64,000 nucleotides of DNA, from the NCBI RefSeq assembly GCF_964204865.1, contig NC_135263.1, positions 9,424,001 to 9,488,000 of the forward strand. Direction: 5' to 3'. This stretch comes from Styela clava. Its lineage: Eukaryota. Of this stretch, positions 38,637-53,100 are shown one piece after another (position 1 is the first letter of the stretch; each line of letters begins with the position of its first letter). A program made the translations under genes and the position numbers. The notes below the pieces were generated by a model, which saw nothing but the letters and a program-made list of their open reading frames with translations, did not search any database and was not told where the DNA came from.

Positions 38637-40377
38637 ATGATGATAAAGTTTAAATTGCTTAGCTTCTTAATGCTTTTTTGCTGGTCGACAGCATCCGCCA
38701 ATCCTAGTGCAGGTTGTGTGCATGCCAAGCAGTTATATCAAACCCTTTGTTCCCAAGATGACACACATGCGGAAATCGAACAAGGTCCCCCGGGAAAAAG
38801 AGGGCCTGTTGGACCGAAAGGTGAAATTGGGAGACCAGGGCCTATCGGGCCTCCAGCTGCTGTGGACTACAATCGCATTGAAACAGAAATAGAGGAACAA
38901 ATTTCATCAGGTAGGACAATTATTTATATTATTCTAAATATGCTTAACATCCCTGTGGACAACCTCATTGAATAATAAATGCAAAGAAAGTAGTGTATAC
39001 TCCTAGAATCAGACTTTGTCATTTTCTGGTATTTGGAGCGAAGAGATGCATTGATGTTTTTCAGAAAAAAAAAGCGGCTTATACTCCACATCTCAAATTG
39101 ATTAGGTATTATTAAGATATACCGAATATTAAAAACAAATAAAAAATTATCCCTTTGTATTTTCAGTTCGCAATCTTGCAAACTCGAACGAACGAACTTT
39201 TGTCTTAAAAATTGAGAAACTGGAAGAACGAATCAAAATTTTGGAAAGTAGAGAAGGTAACATAGTTTAGTCCTGAAAAATTCTTTATTGAAACAGGCAA
39301 ATATAAAACGGAGTAATGTATTTTTAATGAAAACACTGCCCTAATAGTTTGTAAAGTCCGCTCAATTGGTTACAACACCCTGGCAAGTCAATGGCCGAAA
39401 GTCGATTGCCAGACTAAATAGTGAAACAAAAGAAGATATATATATAGCGCAATCAAGCCTCTAGAACTGCTATTAGAGCGCCACACCCGCAAATATGTGA
39501 TGACAGTTGATTACACTAAAGTGTGTGATTTATTCAAAAAAAATCACATTAGCCTTTTCATTTTTTTTTGAGCAGAATACAACTCAAAAAAACCTAAAGC
39601 AATCCCAATATTTCTCACGTTTAATACCAGGCGCATGTGAGATAAAGTACAATGGAAAATGTTTCTGGACAGTGACTCTGGACCACTTCGTACCTGGTTA
39701 TGATAAAGGGGTCGCCATGTGTGCAGAGCGTAATGGATCACCAGCAAATATTTATTCTGAGGAACATTACAATATCATCATGAGATATCTTCGATCGAAG
39801 ACATTGGCAAAGCTGAGTGCTATTCACCTATGGATAGGAATGCGAACAAATCCAGCCGTATGTATCTCTCTTTCATGAATTTTAGAAAGTTTAAGTGATA
39901 AAAATATGGACCTGTCTACATAATAGTATTTGGGTAGTAATTGGAATCTTCTTTTTGAAGTTTATGGTAATAAGATCTTCACTGTTTTGACTACTTGATG
40001 TGTCCATTTGAATTGAAAAGGGATTTATCATTTTTAAATGATATTGACTACAAAAAACTGTAGATAGTGTAAGTAATAATGCACACACAATGTCTACACA
40101 TGACTAAGATTTTACTTTTAATTGTTAAATATGGCCAAATATGTTTAGTCAAGCTACGTTATGTGACAGGTAATAATATTTTTTTCAGACTGGAACTGTT
40201 ACACTTTCCAATGGAAGTCCAGCTCCATTTATGAAATGGTATCCAGGAAGTCCCTCAAAAGATCTTGCTAGAACACACATGACCATTGTTCAAAGAGTTC
40301 CATCGTCTAATCCATCCGTTGGTATTCATAACTGGCCACCAACAGCAACCCGAGAAGGCGTACTTTGCGAACTATGA
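38637..40377 (+). CDS. Collectin-like protein B; exons 38637-38910, 39167-39256, 39631-39857, 40189-40377
   Basis: Signal peptide, CVHAKQLYQTLC, QGPPGKRGPVGPKGEIGRPGPIGPP, 90-nt neck exon, CTLD CEIKYNGKCFW..HLWIGM..KWYPGSP..GVLCEL*. Exons 2-4 have the same sizes as gene A; AATAAA downstream. Confidence 0.9.
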
Positions 40378-41395
40378 AGCAATGCTGATTTACTGCATTC
40401 GTAGGGTATACCGATTGTCGAATAAAATTTAGACTTTAAAATATGTTTTCATGATTTTTGCATGGTAGAAATCCTTTTTACCCTGCTATTTTTCAAGTAC
40501 TATATCAACCGCTATCAATTGACATATCTGTAGCAAGAATAAATTTTTGTTTACATTTCCGTCAGTATTCTTTCCAATTGAACTTCATTAGAACAAACTT
40601 GTATTGAGCCTTATTCTGAGTTAAAAGGTGGTAATTGCAAAAGCACAGAATCTAGGTAAAACATATATGAGCAAGACTGAAAAAATAACTTGAACTCGAA
40701 AAATAATTTGAAAGTAATAATTTTCATCTTTTTTTGAAATTTGTCAAACAGTCATGATCAAAAATGAAAGTTGTTTAGTACTTACAATAAAACGTTATTA
40801 CAATTTTCAACCTATAGGTATTGTAAACACATAATTAGTTCAAATACATGACGCCTGCGGCATGTTCATGTGACAAGGATTTCTTTCGTAGTACTAACAG
40901 AAATTATAAATCCAAATTTATCATTATGCTATTGATTGTGTGCTGCCCAAACAAATTTTTATGCGACTATCCTGTAGAAACTTTGACCGCACTGTTGTTT
41001 AGTATGAATGGACAAACTCAATAGAAAGCACTTTTAAAAAACAAAAGTTATTCTCGATGTATGTAATTGAACGTATTGCGTTTCGAAAGATAATATTTGG
41101 TATATAAGAGTCATGCGGTATATAGCAAGCCGACGATGGTGATGTTCGTTGAATTTTTTGAGCTATTCAATTTCGATATAGATGTTACGACGAGGTCTAT
41201 ATCACGAACTAGGGTCATATTGAGTTTCCTGCTATATTAAACTCTTCTTCTGCAACCATATTTAATCATAGTGTATCAATCCTTGCATTAATGCAGGCGC
41301 ATCTTGTGTAGTACATGCTTCTGTTCATCAGGCAGCGAAGAATTTACTCAGTTTATATATTTTATATATAAATCTCTATATTATAGTTCTTCATC

Positions 41396-43516
41396 ATGAT
41401 AACGTTTAAATTGCTCAGCATCGTGGTGATTTGTAGCGCGCCGACAGCATGCTCCGATTCCGGTCCAGATTGTGTGCATGCTAAGCATCTATAGCAAACA
41501 CTTTGTAGGCAGACAGAAATTGAACAAGGTCCCCCGGGAAAAAGAGGGCCCGTTGGACCGAAAGGTGAAATTGGGAGACCAGGGCCTATCGGGCCTCCAG
41601 CTGCTGTGGACTACAATCGAATTGAAACAGAAATAGAGATACAAATCACAGCAGGTTTGACGATGATTTTTATTTTTCAAAGTAGGTTGGAAATACTTGC
41701 GTGTAACTTTTTAATAGTATATACCTCGAGAATAAATTTATCATTTGCTGTGAGGGTTTTTTAATTGGAAAGAAGATAAAAATTTATCTTATGTGAATAA
41801 AACCTCAGGAAATTGACCATGAAACACAAACCTCAAGTAGATTTCAATCATTCCCCTTTTTATAATGCATTTTGATATGATTTTTAAACTCTTCTTTAGG
41901 TATTTTTAGTATATAGCTAAGGATATAAAACAAATCAAAAGTAGTCATGTATGATCTTGAATTATCCTGTCATTTTATGTATTTTTTACAGTTCGCGATC
42001 TTGCAAACGTAAGAGAACGAAATTTTGCCTCAAAATTGGAGAAGCTGGAAGAACGAATCAAAATTTTGGAAAGTAGAGAAGGTAATCTACATGTAATAAA
42101 AACGATTAATGATACTATTTTAGTGTTATTTTTATTTGGAATGGAGCATTAAATATCGCTCAAAAAGATTTTCTGATAAAGCAGACAAGTATAAAAACGG
42201 AGATGTGGATTTTGAAATGAACAATAGTCCGCCCAATTTATTGGGCCATGATATGTCAGCTACCAAACGTCGATTGCTATGAAAGCGAACAACATAAGTT
42301 TCACTGTAATGTCAGCGCAGTCTATCTGATTGAATATTCATTAGTAAAATATGCCTATAAAACTATACAATGACACAATATTATACTAAACTGTGTAATC
42401 TATTCAACAATTTTCACAATAGCTTTTTTCAACTTTTCTTCATACTTGTCTGAGCAGCAAACGACTCAAAAAATGGAAATCTATCCTACTATTTCTCACT
42501 CTTAACCAGGCGCATGTGAGGTAAAGTACAACGGAAAATGCTTCTGGGCGGTGACTTTGGACTCCTCTATTGGTTATGATAAAGGAGTAGACATGTGTGC
42601 TGAGCGGAATGGATCACCAGCAAATATATATTCTGAAGAACATTACAATATCATTTTGAGATAACTTCGATCAAAAATATTGGCAAAGCTTGGTGTAGTT
42701 TATTTATGGATAGGAATGAGAACAAACCCAACCGTAATTATACTTACCTATAAGAAATGTCATAATATTTAAGTGTTATTAGATATTTCAATGGTTTTTA
42801 AATGCCGTAATTATAAATTTCCTCTCTGAATTTCCTCTTGGCTAGTTTTCTAAGTTTTGACGTAGTCCCGTAGTATGTGAACCCAGATGGCGTACACTGG
42901 AACGTAGTGTGTGTACCAGGTTAGGGTTAGCCATAATTTCAGGTACAAGTCATACGGGAGTCACTTGGCCAGTCCCCGAACTCGCAATCGAACTAAAATA
43001 AGGAACATTGGAATAAAATTATGGCTTAACCCTAACCTGGTTCACTTACTATGTTCAGGTGTCCGCCGTCTTGGTTCACATACTACGGGAGCGCCGTTTT
43101 GACTACCAAATTTATTTTTGATTTCCTGTTTACGTAGCCGAAAGAGATATCATTTATAGTTGTCAAAGAATCTTTCCTATCGAATATTTCGTACATTGTG
43201 GGCGTTTTAACACCATATAGTCTATAACACACGAAGAAGATTTTCAATTGAATCATAACTGATTTGCGTCAATGGCCAATCCCACATTGTTACAATATTG
43301 GTAATATATAATGTTTTTTTATTTTAGAATGTAATCGTGACACTTTCCAATGGAAATAGAGCTCCTTTTATAAAATGGTATCCAAGATATCCCTCTAGAG
43401 ATTCCGATACAACGCACATGACAATTGTTCAAAGAGCTCCAACGACTAATCCATCCGTCGGAATGCACAATATACCACCAACATCAACCCGAACAGGCGT
43501 ACTTTGTGAATTATAG
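41396..43516 (+). pseudogene. Collectin-like C, tandem duplicate of B with two in-frame stops; exons 41396-41654, 41992-42081, 42510-42733, 43328-43516
   Basis: Colinear with B. TAG at 41492 and TAA at 42662 replace Tyr codons of B; splice sites and frames are otherwise intact. Confidence 0.85.
42859..43096. mobile_element. MITE with about 80-bp TIRs containing GGTTAGGGTTAG
   Basis: TCCCGTAGTATGTGAACC...CCAGGTTAGGGTTAGCCATAATTT versus AAATTATGGCTTAACCCTAACCTGG...GGTTCACATACTACGGGA. A shorter related hairpin element lies at about 48380-48475. Confidence 0.8.
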
Positions 43517-44073
43517 AACAACAAGTGGATGTGAAGAGATTACCATTTGAATTTTTATTATGATTATTTTCTTAGACTGTTCTGGCATTCCAGAACTATG
43601 ACGCAGGTGTTTCTATGGCAATGTTGAATTGCTTCAAGTTTCTTTTCAATCGCTATGGAATCTATTTCTTTCGGTATCAGAAATGCTTTCTTTATTATTA
43701 GAAATGTAAATTTTTTTTACTGACTGTCCCAAAGTTAAGTTGAGCATTTTCTTGTGATAGAATAATGAAAAAATATATTATACTTCTGTAGAACGAATAT
43801 CATGTATAGCGTCTCCATTTGCTTTATTCTATTCAATTTCGTAAGCGTGTTTCATATCCCCAAATAATAAAAAAGCTCAAAGCACTCTCAATATTTTAAC
43901 GAGCCCTGTACGTGTCAATCGGGACTATTGAAGTAGAGTAGTATGAAATTGATAGAGAGAAATATTTAATTATTTATATCGACGTCTAGTATTTATGTCA
44001 AATTATTTATGTTGCTCTCTGTCACATGTAGTATCGAATTAAGTGGATAAGTATCAAAAATAGCACGAGACAG

Positions 44074-44254
44074 ACAGGAGAAGTGATACGATTTAATGGA
44101 AATAGGGCATCATTCATAAAATGGCACCTAAAATCCACCAACAACCCCAGGCAATACACACATGACAATAGTTCAAAGAAGCTCTACCTCCCTCCAACAT
44201 TAGTATACATTACTTAGACGTCATCATGAAAAGACGTTCTTTGCGAGCTATTGA
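44074..44254 (+). pseudogene. Orphan, decayed copy of the collectin last (CTLD) exon
   Basis: TGEVIRFNGNRASFIKWH...ACACATGACAATAGTTCAAAGA...GTTCTTTGCGAGCTA aligns to exon 4 of A/B/C but is frameshifted. No matching upstream exons were found. Confidence 0.7.
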
Positions 44255-47102
44255 CGACTAGAAAACATCCACGACCATTCTATGAATACATATTAGCGAA
44301 CATTAAATTAATCATTTAAAAAGTCTAGCTGATTTCACCAAACGCTTTTAGCAATTAGATCTTCGTCGTTAATACTCATATACAAATGCTATTTCACTGT
44401 ATTGAAGTATCTTAAATTTTGTTGATGAAATACTTCGCTATCAGGCATTTAAATACTTTTATCACAAAAATATCTGAGGTCGTATAATATTTGTATTTTA
44501 TTTTCAGTTCTCAGTATAATTTTACCTAAATAAGGAACCTATAGTATAATGTGCTAAACATGTCTACACCTATTGACCAAGTGTGAAGTTAAAAATCAAC
44601 TGGAGAATCGGGGTAATTTATTAACAACGTTGTGATATCATGTCACCAGCGTCAATTTCACAGCGATCGTCTGTTAAATATAATCCTGATTACATATGTT
44701 TCCAATTTGCTTCGCGGTACAATTTTATGGAAATTTGATAACTTATTGTGTCCATGTTGACGTGTTACATGACGTTTTAGACATAATGTGGTAAAATCAT
44801 ATAAATATCGCGGTATTTGATCACAATTGATTAAATAGTTGAATCTCACAATTTTATACAAATTAAAATCTATATCATTTGAGTCTACATAGCAAAACTT
44901 TTCATGAATCACTTATATACTCTTTCCAAACAGAGTTAACGATACCAGTTATTTTCAAAATCTCATTATTAAAGGTATGAAATAACAGTCACCATAATTA
45001 TTATTCTCGTGTCGATGTGGATTACATGGAATTATGCATTACAACACGTATTAACAGGTCCAGATAGAGTCCCCTATATAATTAAAAATGCTGCTCCGCA
45101 TTTTCATTTGTGTCTCCGATTTCGGAACCCAAGACTAAATTTTCTGAATGCTACATTTCATACCGTTATGCAGACGTAAGTTGTGTTTTGGCGAAGCCTT
45201 TGGTCATAAGCCGGTATTGCTGTAACGTTCGCGCAGCCTGGCAATTCAGGTTAATTTAACTTAGAAAATCTTTGTGATGTGGTTTACCATAATTTCAGTA
45301 AAAGTGCAATCAGACGAAAAAATCTGTACAGACTATACATGTGGGCCGTTCTAATATACACTAGGTTATGTACTGGATTTTATGCTAGTCGAAGTTGAAC
45401 TCAGAATACGCAAATGTGCTTTTGTTTACAGCAAAAAAAAAGTTGCACTTGAAAGCAATTAGATTGTCGCTATAATTTTGATAGATTTGATTTTTAATCT
45501 TTCTCAGATTCTTAAATGACTCTTTTGCGGGTTCGGTTCGAAAAATTAGTTTTTAGTTTGAGCCCAAAACTTTGCTTCAAAACAATAGGTTTTCAACAGC
45601 AATAAGAGAAATATATAAAACATTAGATAGAAAAGATTAACCGCATGCCACGTTTCTGTCTCTTTTGAGTTTTGTTCGAACAGAAGTAAGAAACATTCAA
45701 GACAAAAACATTGGTACATGCAAAGAAGGTGGAATAAAAAAGATGGTAAACAAATATACACAATTTAACAATAAAGATTCACCGATTTTAACATTTTGGC
45801 TTTCATGGCTAAAACAAATTATCAAAATTGCCAACGTCTTCAACACTCCTGTCGCAGAAACCCAAATTTATCTATAGCCTACGTGGGATCCATGTTGATT
45901 TATTTGATCGGTTTTGAACTTTTCCAAATTATCTGTCAATTCTCTCTTATTTATTCAAGTTCAAGTGAAACTCTGTTTTTAAAAAAAATGATTGATTTCT
46001 TAAATTCGTTGTTATATAATTCAAAGGTAGCACGTAATCATAGCCTGGAACGAATTCAATAATGTGCTACTGATGAGAAAATAATTAATTTTTCGACGCC
46101 ACTGTATAATTTTGTAGACGGAAACTATAGATTTTTGCAAAAACTCAAACTACAAAAACAAACAAATAGGGTAAAAACGCATAAAACAGTATCTCTTCAA
46201 AATAGTCCTAACGTAATAGTAGTATGATTCAATACAAAAGTATAATTTCAGAATAGCCTAGATGAAATTCCTACCAGTTTTTTCGCATAAGTTCTCAATC
46301 TAAATTAGTTAGTTGCACGCTTTAAATCTGTAGGCTCAATTCTTTGAATTTAAATTACAAGCAGAAATTGCGCTCGAGCTATATTACAATGAAACAACGA
46401 TTTGAAGATATAATCTCAATTTGGTATCGTAAGATAGATGCTGGTAACAAAATATCGGTTAATTCAAATGCTTCGTAATATTATGCCAAACAAGCAAATT
46501 CTTTGTCATCGCTATTTGAATATATTTAGACTTGCGATTCAAAACGTTAGCATTCACCTCCATGTTATACTGTTGTACAAGCACACACAGTAGCCAAACC
46601 TAAATTGCATTACTACGCATGAATCCTAAATTCATCTAGCCAATATATGAATGATTTAAACTTGGTCAATCAGATAATATTCAATTTGATAATACACTAT
46701 TTATAACCGGTAATTTTCAATTTTTGAATATATAATTATTTTATGATCTACATTTTAATGACGATATATCGCCGAACAAATTAGAAGTTCATAAATGACG
46801 ACCGAGAAATCGTATTGCCTGTCGGAGTAACATCGTTTTTTAATAATTATCGCATGTGTGTTTGTTTATTCTGTTGATGCAGAATATTGATAAGAACAAA
46901 GAACTGTTTGGCAGAGTTGACGATATTTCGCGTTTTAAATCTGGGAGCGTGTCTATCAGAGAATCACACCACACCTTGCGGCAACATTGAACGTCACAGG
47001 TCTCGCGTTGTGATTTATGCTGAACATATTTCATAATTATTCCACCTATTAGCTAAGAAAATTGTTTTCGTAGACCTAGGGAAAGAGACAATAATTATCA
47101 TT

Positions 47103-50100
47103 ATGTCGGGCATGGAAATCGAAGAGTTAATTCTAATTAACGAATCAACTCATTTTATCAATATGACTACTATGGAGATGACATCAAGTTCACCTCGTTA
47201 CATTTCGTAAGTACATTTTTATTTTATAGATTCGAAGTTAGTTACAACAACTTATACATTACAAACAATTTCATTTGCGTCGAACTGGGCTGGGTATCAA
47301 ATTTTTGTTATTTACGATCAACAGAGATTTCGTGTAACATTAACTATTCTTGATTCCATGCTTTATGAGTTTTCAAAATCTTGTTCAGATATTATAGTCA
47401 TAGCGATGCCGTATAAAGATTAAAGCTTTTTTGTTTAAATTGTTAATTAAAGTAACATGATTCGCACACTAAATAAACATATTTTATCTCCAAGTAGAAT
47501 TTATTACAGATTGACTAAATAAAGTAGTTTTATTGAATAGTGAGGGGGGAGAAAGAGTTCTCAAATAAGAAAATGGTGGAACTTAACAAAAAAGTTTTGG
47601 AACTACTAGTTAATATTGAGGAATTTTATTTTGGGTAATAATGAAATTCCTTCCATATTTCTGCTATATTTCCTGTCAGGAAATGATCGTAAACTTTTTA
47701 TTTATATATATATTCAGATTGATGGATCAAGTCTTTTCAATGGCGCAACTCGTTCCGATTTTAATACTGTTTGGTGTTTTTATGATATTTGGAATGCTTG
47801 CGAATGCTGTTACATTTATAGTTATATCAAACAGTAAAAAGTAAGTGGAAAATAAATACTGATTTTACCGGTAAAATACCTAATCTTTGTATTCGAATTT
47901 TGTAAAACTATTGCAAATGTTAGTACATTTGAATGAAACGAAAAACAACCATAATTTTACTTACTTGGCCATCAGCACATACCTGTGTCTACGGAGGTGG
48001 TAATCTGTACGGATCTGCCCAAAGAGTTGACTTGAAACATATAGTCTTCGTACGTAAATTGGATCAGATTATATGTTCTGATAGTACATGTATAACAGTT
48101 TTTGACATATCTTTATATTGAACTTTGAAAATAAGATTTATGATAAAACCGGTGGTTGGTGCATCAGTTTTTTTTTTTGTAAAATCCACCAACCCATTTT
48201 TATATACATATTGTGGTTATACAAAATTTTACAGTGATAGAATTATTTTTTAATATGTTACCAAGAAATATATCCGTTTTACACCAATTCAAAATGAAAA
48301 TCTTTATTTTACTATCGTTTGACTGAAATGATATTTACATTTTGAAGATACTTCCGGCATGACAGAACCTCATAAGAAAAAATGGTACTCCTGGAATATG
48401 AGCACAAAGATGTCGCATAACCTGAACCATCACCTTAACCATCTTGGTGCGCATAATTCAGGAGGTCCGAAAATATATCCCGTTCTTTACGTAACTAAGT
48501 TTACGGCACCTACCTGATGTTAAGTTTTGCCTACATAGGACATACTTGTAACAATCGATAATTTACGTGCACCAAGCGATAGATCCTTTTTCATAAATCA
48601 AAACTGAAAGCTAGGCATAGATCGTGAATGGGGCTGTATTTAACAGAGTACTGAAGCAATCCCCTATATTCGTCAACGTCAAGGATTGGGAAACAAAATT
48701 CCAGCGTCATAAGAAATTGTACCACAATTTGGGGCCACTTGGCGCATATAAATTCTTGAAAATTAGGGGCAATAGTCGACTGATGATTTGGAGAAATAAT
48801 ATATAGTAAACAGTACGAGGGAAAATTAAATCAGCACAATAAAATTGTAACTTGAGTACAAATTATTTATGTTTTGCATTCAGTTCCAAATTATTTTCAG
48901 TTTACTTTTATTTTGGTATGTTGATATAATTGTCGATCGATCAAAATATTTTAATAGTTTCGATAATAATTAGAAAGTACTTTAATTCAAGTAATTTCAA
49001 ACTAGCCAATTACAATTACTCAGCTTAAATAACATATCGCCAATTAAAATAAATTAGTCCAAATTGCCTCACACATCATGCGTATTCCAATCCATAACAA
49101 AAATCGTCGCTTTACGTAACTTATTGACACAGTGAATGAGACGAGTGATCGAACTGCCAGGATGCAAAATAAATATTTAAAAGACATATAACCACGTCGC
49201 CACGGATTTCATTTATATTGTGACGTAAACAATCATAAATATTTATAATCATCACCTCGTTTCGAATCATAGTGACGTTTCGTTTATCTGTCAGCTCAAT
49301 AAATGATCATTTGAAACAAAATGTTGTATTCAATAATGCGGAAGGAAGTAAATTTCTTCCAATGGAATTCTAAATTGAATTTGAGGTAATATAAACTTGC
49401 TTTTTATTTCAATTTTTTTTGTTTGCAGGACGGCTTTTAACGTATTCATTATGAGTTTGTGCGTTTCTGATTTTTTATCAGCAGTCAACAGTCCCTTGAT
49501 TGTCTACAGAGCTTTGAAAGCATTTGACGATTATCGACTCCCCGTATTTTTTTGCAAGGTAAGATTAATCTCGTTGATATGATAGGATTTTCCTATTTAA
49601 CCCGTGGGAGAAGAAAGTCGATGAGACGGCTTAATGATGTGGCTGACATTACACGGCCTCTCGTCCGGTCACCAGTCCATGTCGGGTATGCAATTAGTTA
49701 ACGCGGTATTTTTTCAGATGTATTGAATTGGGTGATACAATATTTAGAACATAACAAATAGCTATACATAATAATGAGGTGCAAATTATGACGTCATTTG
49801 AAAGTGAGAAACTATAGTTCATTTTACTTTAGCTTATCACATTTTACTTCAATGACGTCGTTACACTATCGAAATTCTTTATCGCTATTTGGATGGAGAA
49901 ACGAGCCATGTACATGTTTACTATAAGTTGCAAATGTTATGAACTGAAGACAATTTTTGAACCCCAAAAATTAAATACTTCGCTATCCTCAGTCGAGAGA
50001 TGTTACTTCGAAATGTTTATTTCGTGCCGTTCCCTGATGTAGCATCTCTGTATACACTCTGACTCAGCTTTGTAGAGTGTTTTGTCCAATTTAATTTCTG

Positions 50101-53100
50101 CATTGTCCATATTTACCATTTTCGTTTTTTCGTTATATATGAAATATATATAGCCCCGGTTCATCCCTTAAATAATATTTTGCCATAATCATTAGTGTGG
50201 TTATAGAGCTAACACTTTCGTGTAATATACTTTTATCAGAAGCGAACTAAACTTTTTCCAATTTAACAGTAATTTGACTCTTTTATAGCTTGGATTAAGC
50301 ATTGACTATTGGACATCAATTTCAACGATTCAACATATTTTAATCTTCAGTTTTCTTCGACTTTACTGCATCAAGTTTCCTCATAAATTCAACAGAATAA
50401 CTGTAAATGGTTCGACGGTGAGATATACAAAACGATATAGCAATATAGCAAATATATGGGCACGGAAGTTGCGCACTGGTACTGGGTTCCCATGTTCCAT
50501 AAAAAGTGTTTCCATGGATTAAAATAATACATCAAAACTTTGGGGGGAAATTTGGTCCCGTGGAATTCAGGATAATTCGAAAACGAGAATATCGGTCGGA
50601 GACCGAAGATTTCGCGTGCATCTAACAGACAGACAAATACCTATCAACATACTTACCGATTAAAATCGATAAGTAATAACTTCTTTCGTATGGTTTATAC
50701 GAGATCAGTTAATAACTTGTATTAATTTATGCCAATCGTAGAATTCAGACTAAACAGAGAGAATAATTAATCAAAATGCTTGAGGTTCGCTGTTGTGCTA
50801 TCCTCCATTGGGTACTATTTATTTGCTTATTTGATTCCTCAATTTTTTATTAATTTCACAGATTAGCATTGTTATCATCTGGTTCGAGACATTTTTCGTT
50901 GGCTTTCTGGTCTACATGTTGTGGCCCGATGTTCAATACCTTCCTGATACTATTCCTCCGCGATTCAAATGTGGAATGACACGAGCTTGGTGAGCCCGTT
51001 AAACTTATATGTACATACAAGTTGATCGCATAAAACCACTTTTTGAAAAATGAATACCCTCTCTAAAGTGCAATTTTTGTATTATCATAGATTCTGTTGG
51101 ATGTTCTTTTTTAAATTCAGCGACAAATAGTTTCAATTCCATTCTAAAGTATATGTTTGCTCTCACATATCAAAGTAGCATGCCTAATTTCATATTCCTT
51201 TCGGTCAGCTCTTTTCCAAATTCACCCTATTATTTGACATATTTGCGACTCAATGTTTTATTAGAAGCCAGCCATTTTTTAAAAGAATATAAGAATGTTA
51301 TGTCTGACTCTTGGCAAATATCAACACTCGTTTTATCAGAAAAACCAAAACGACCAAAGCATACTTACTTGTACGCTATCGTGACAGGTCATTGCATTCC
51401 ACTTTTTCATATGACATTCATTATCATCCGTTCTATTCTTTCGATCAGTTCAAAAATTTCACGCTTTTCAATATAAGCAACCAACTTACGATTAAAGTCT
51501 TCGTAAATAAATCTCGAATGTTATCGAAACATTTTATTAGTGGTTGGGCTGTTTCTTACTTTAAAAGGTGTGGTAAAAAGTATTAAATTTCATTATTTTA
51601 AGACATCCTCTTCCATTTATGACCACCTTTAGCACGAGAAGAATGTATTTAAAATGTCTGACAGGTGATGATGCACCATATAAATGGTTTATTTTCATAT
51701 CAAAGCTCATTTGAATATACGATCGTAACTGCGATATCTGGTAATTTTGAAAATTTCAAGAAAATTTGTATTTTCCTACCGGCGATAAGGCAGCAATTAT
51801 TGGGGATTAGTAGTAGATTGCTTTGCTTATTGCACAAGAATAAATTGTCGACGGGAAATACGCTGGTCGAAATTTAGACGCCCATCACTTCGAAATTATT
51901 AGGTTTAGTTTTGACGTATCAAATAAAATCACAATTTTTTTATTCCAGGGCACCAACCATGTTCCAATACGCCATGATCGCGTTTCCAATTTTCATCTAC
52001 GCGCCAATGGTCTTAATTTTGCTGACATGTTTAGCGGTAGCAATTGTTTTGCTGCAGAGAAGACGTGATAAAGAAATAGGTAAGCCTAAGATTCTCTCTC
52101 TTTCTCGTTTCCTTTTTCCACTAATTTCTGTCACATCTTTAATGAATGGTATTTCTAGGCGGACGAGTAGGAAGCAAAAAAGAAAGATTTGCATTACTGC
52201 AACTGGCACTCATTGTCATCTCGTTTCTGATCGGGTATTCAGCTGATGCATGTAAGTTTTTAGTAATGTGCAAGTGGCAGGTAACATGTGTAATGTAAAG
52301 TTTTGTACAGTTTTTATCGAATTGCTTTCAAAACTGGGACATTTCATTTATATTGCATATGAATATTTGTAAACACCATAGATTATTAACAGAGTAGGAA
52401 AAATAGGAACTGTCATTTTTAGGCAAATAGTAGTAGTACCTGAACAAATACATTCTAATTGTCAACTTGACTCAATCAATATAATTTAATTTTATATATT
52501 CATCAGCTTTCACATGGGTTATACTTTTTTTTTAATTTATTAAAATATATAGCTTATCGCGTGACTGCAATATCATCAATTCAGAGAGGAAAGCCGATCT
52601 CAGCTCGAACAGAATTGATTTACAGCCTAATATCGCATTGTCTGTTGCGATTATCTGAATGTCTAAACCCGATTTTTTACAATTTTTCATCCAGGTATAA
52701 TATATATATATAAATTAATTTGATCCTTTTTGTTAGAGCCAAATTGTACCTACCTATTGTTTTATTTTTGCTGTGAAAAAAGTGCTAATGAAGCAATCGA
52801 TATCAAATTTTCATCACTTAAAGATGGAAGAAGTCTCTAGAAGGCTATCAGTTTAATTTGTTAAGATCTTGTCTGGGTGCTATGGGGCTCGTTATTCACC
52901 ACGAATTTCGCTATTTTGTGCATATTGCGTCTTTGCTATGATAGTGGGTTGTAATTCTCGCTTGAAATATTTAAATGATCAGGTATAAGATTTCCACTGC
53001 GGTTAGTCGTTTGATCGTCGTGTCAATACATCTGAGCATTGCTCCATTTTGACGAGTACGGCGCAACAATAAAATTTTTGACAACAAAGCAAAAAAAATG

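Noticed and set aside
41492-42664. Stop-to-Tyr recoding or readthrough in collectin C
   Set aside because: TAA and TAG serve as normal terminators in this window; single substitutions from TAT explain both stops.
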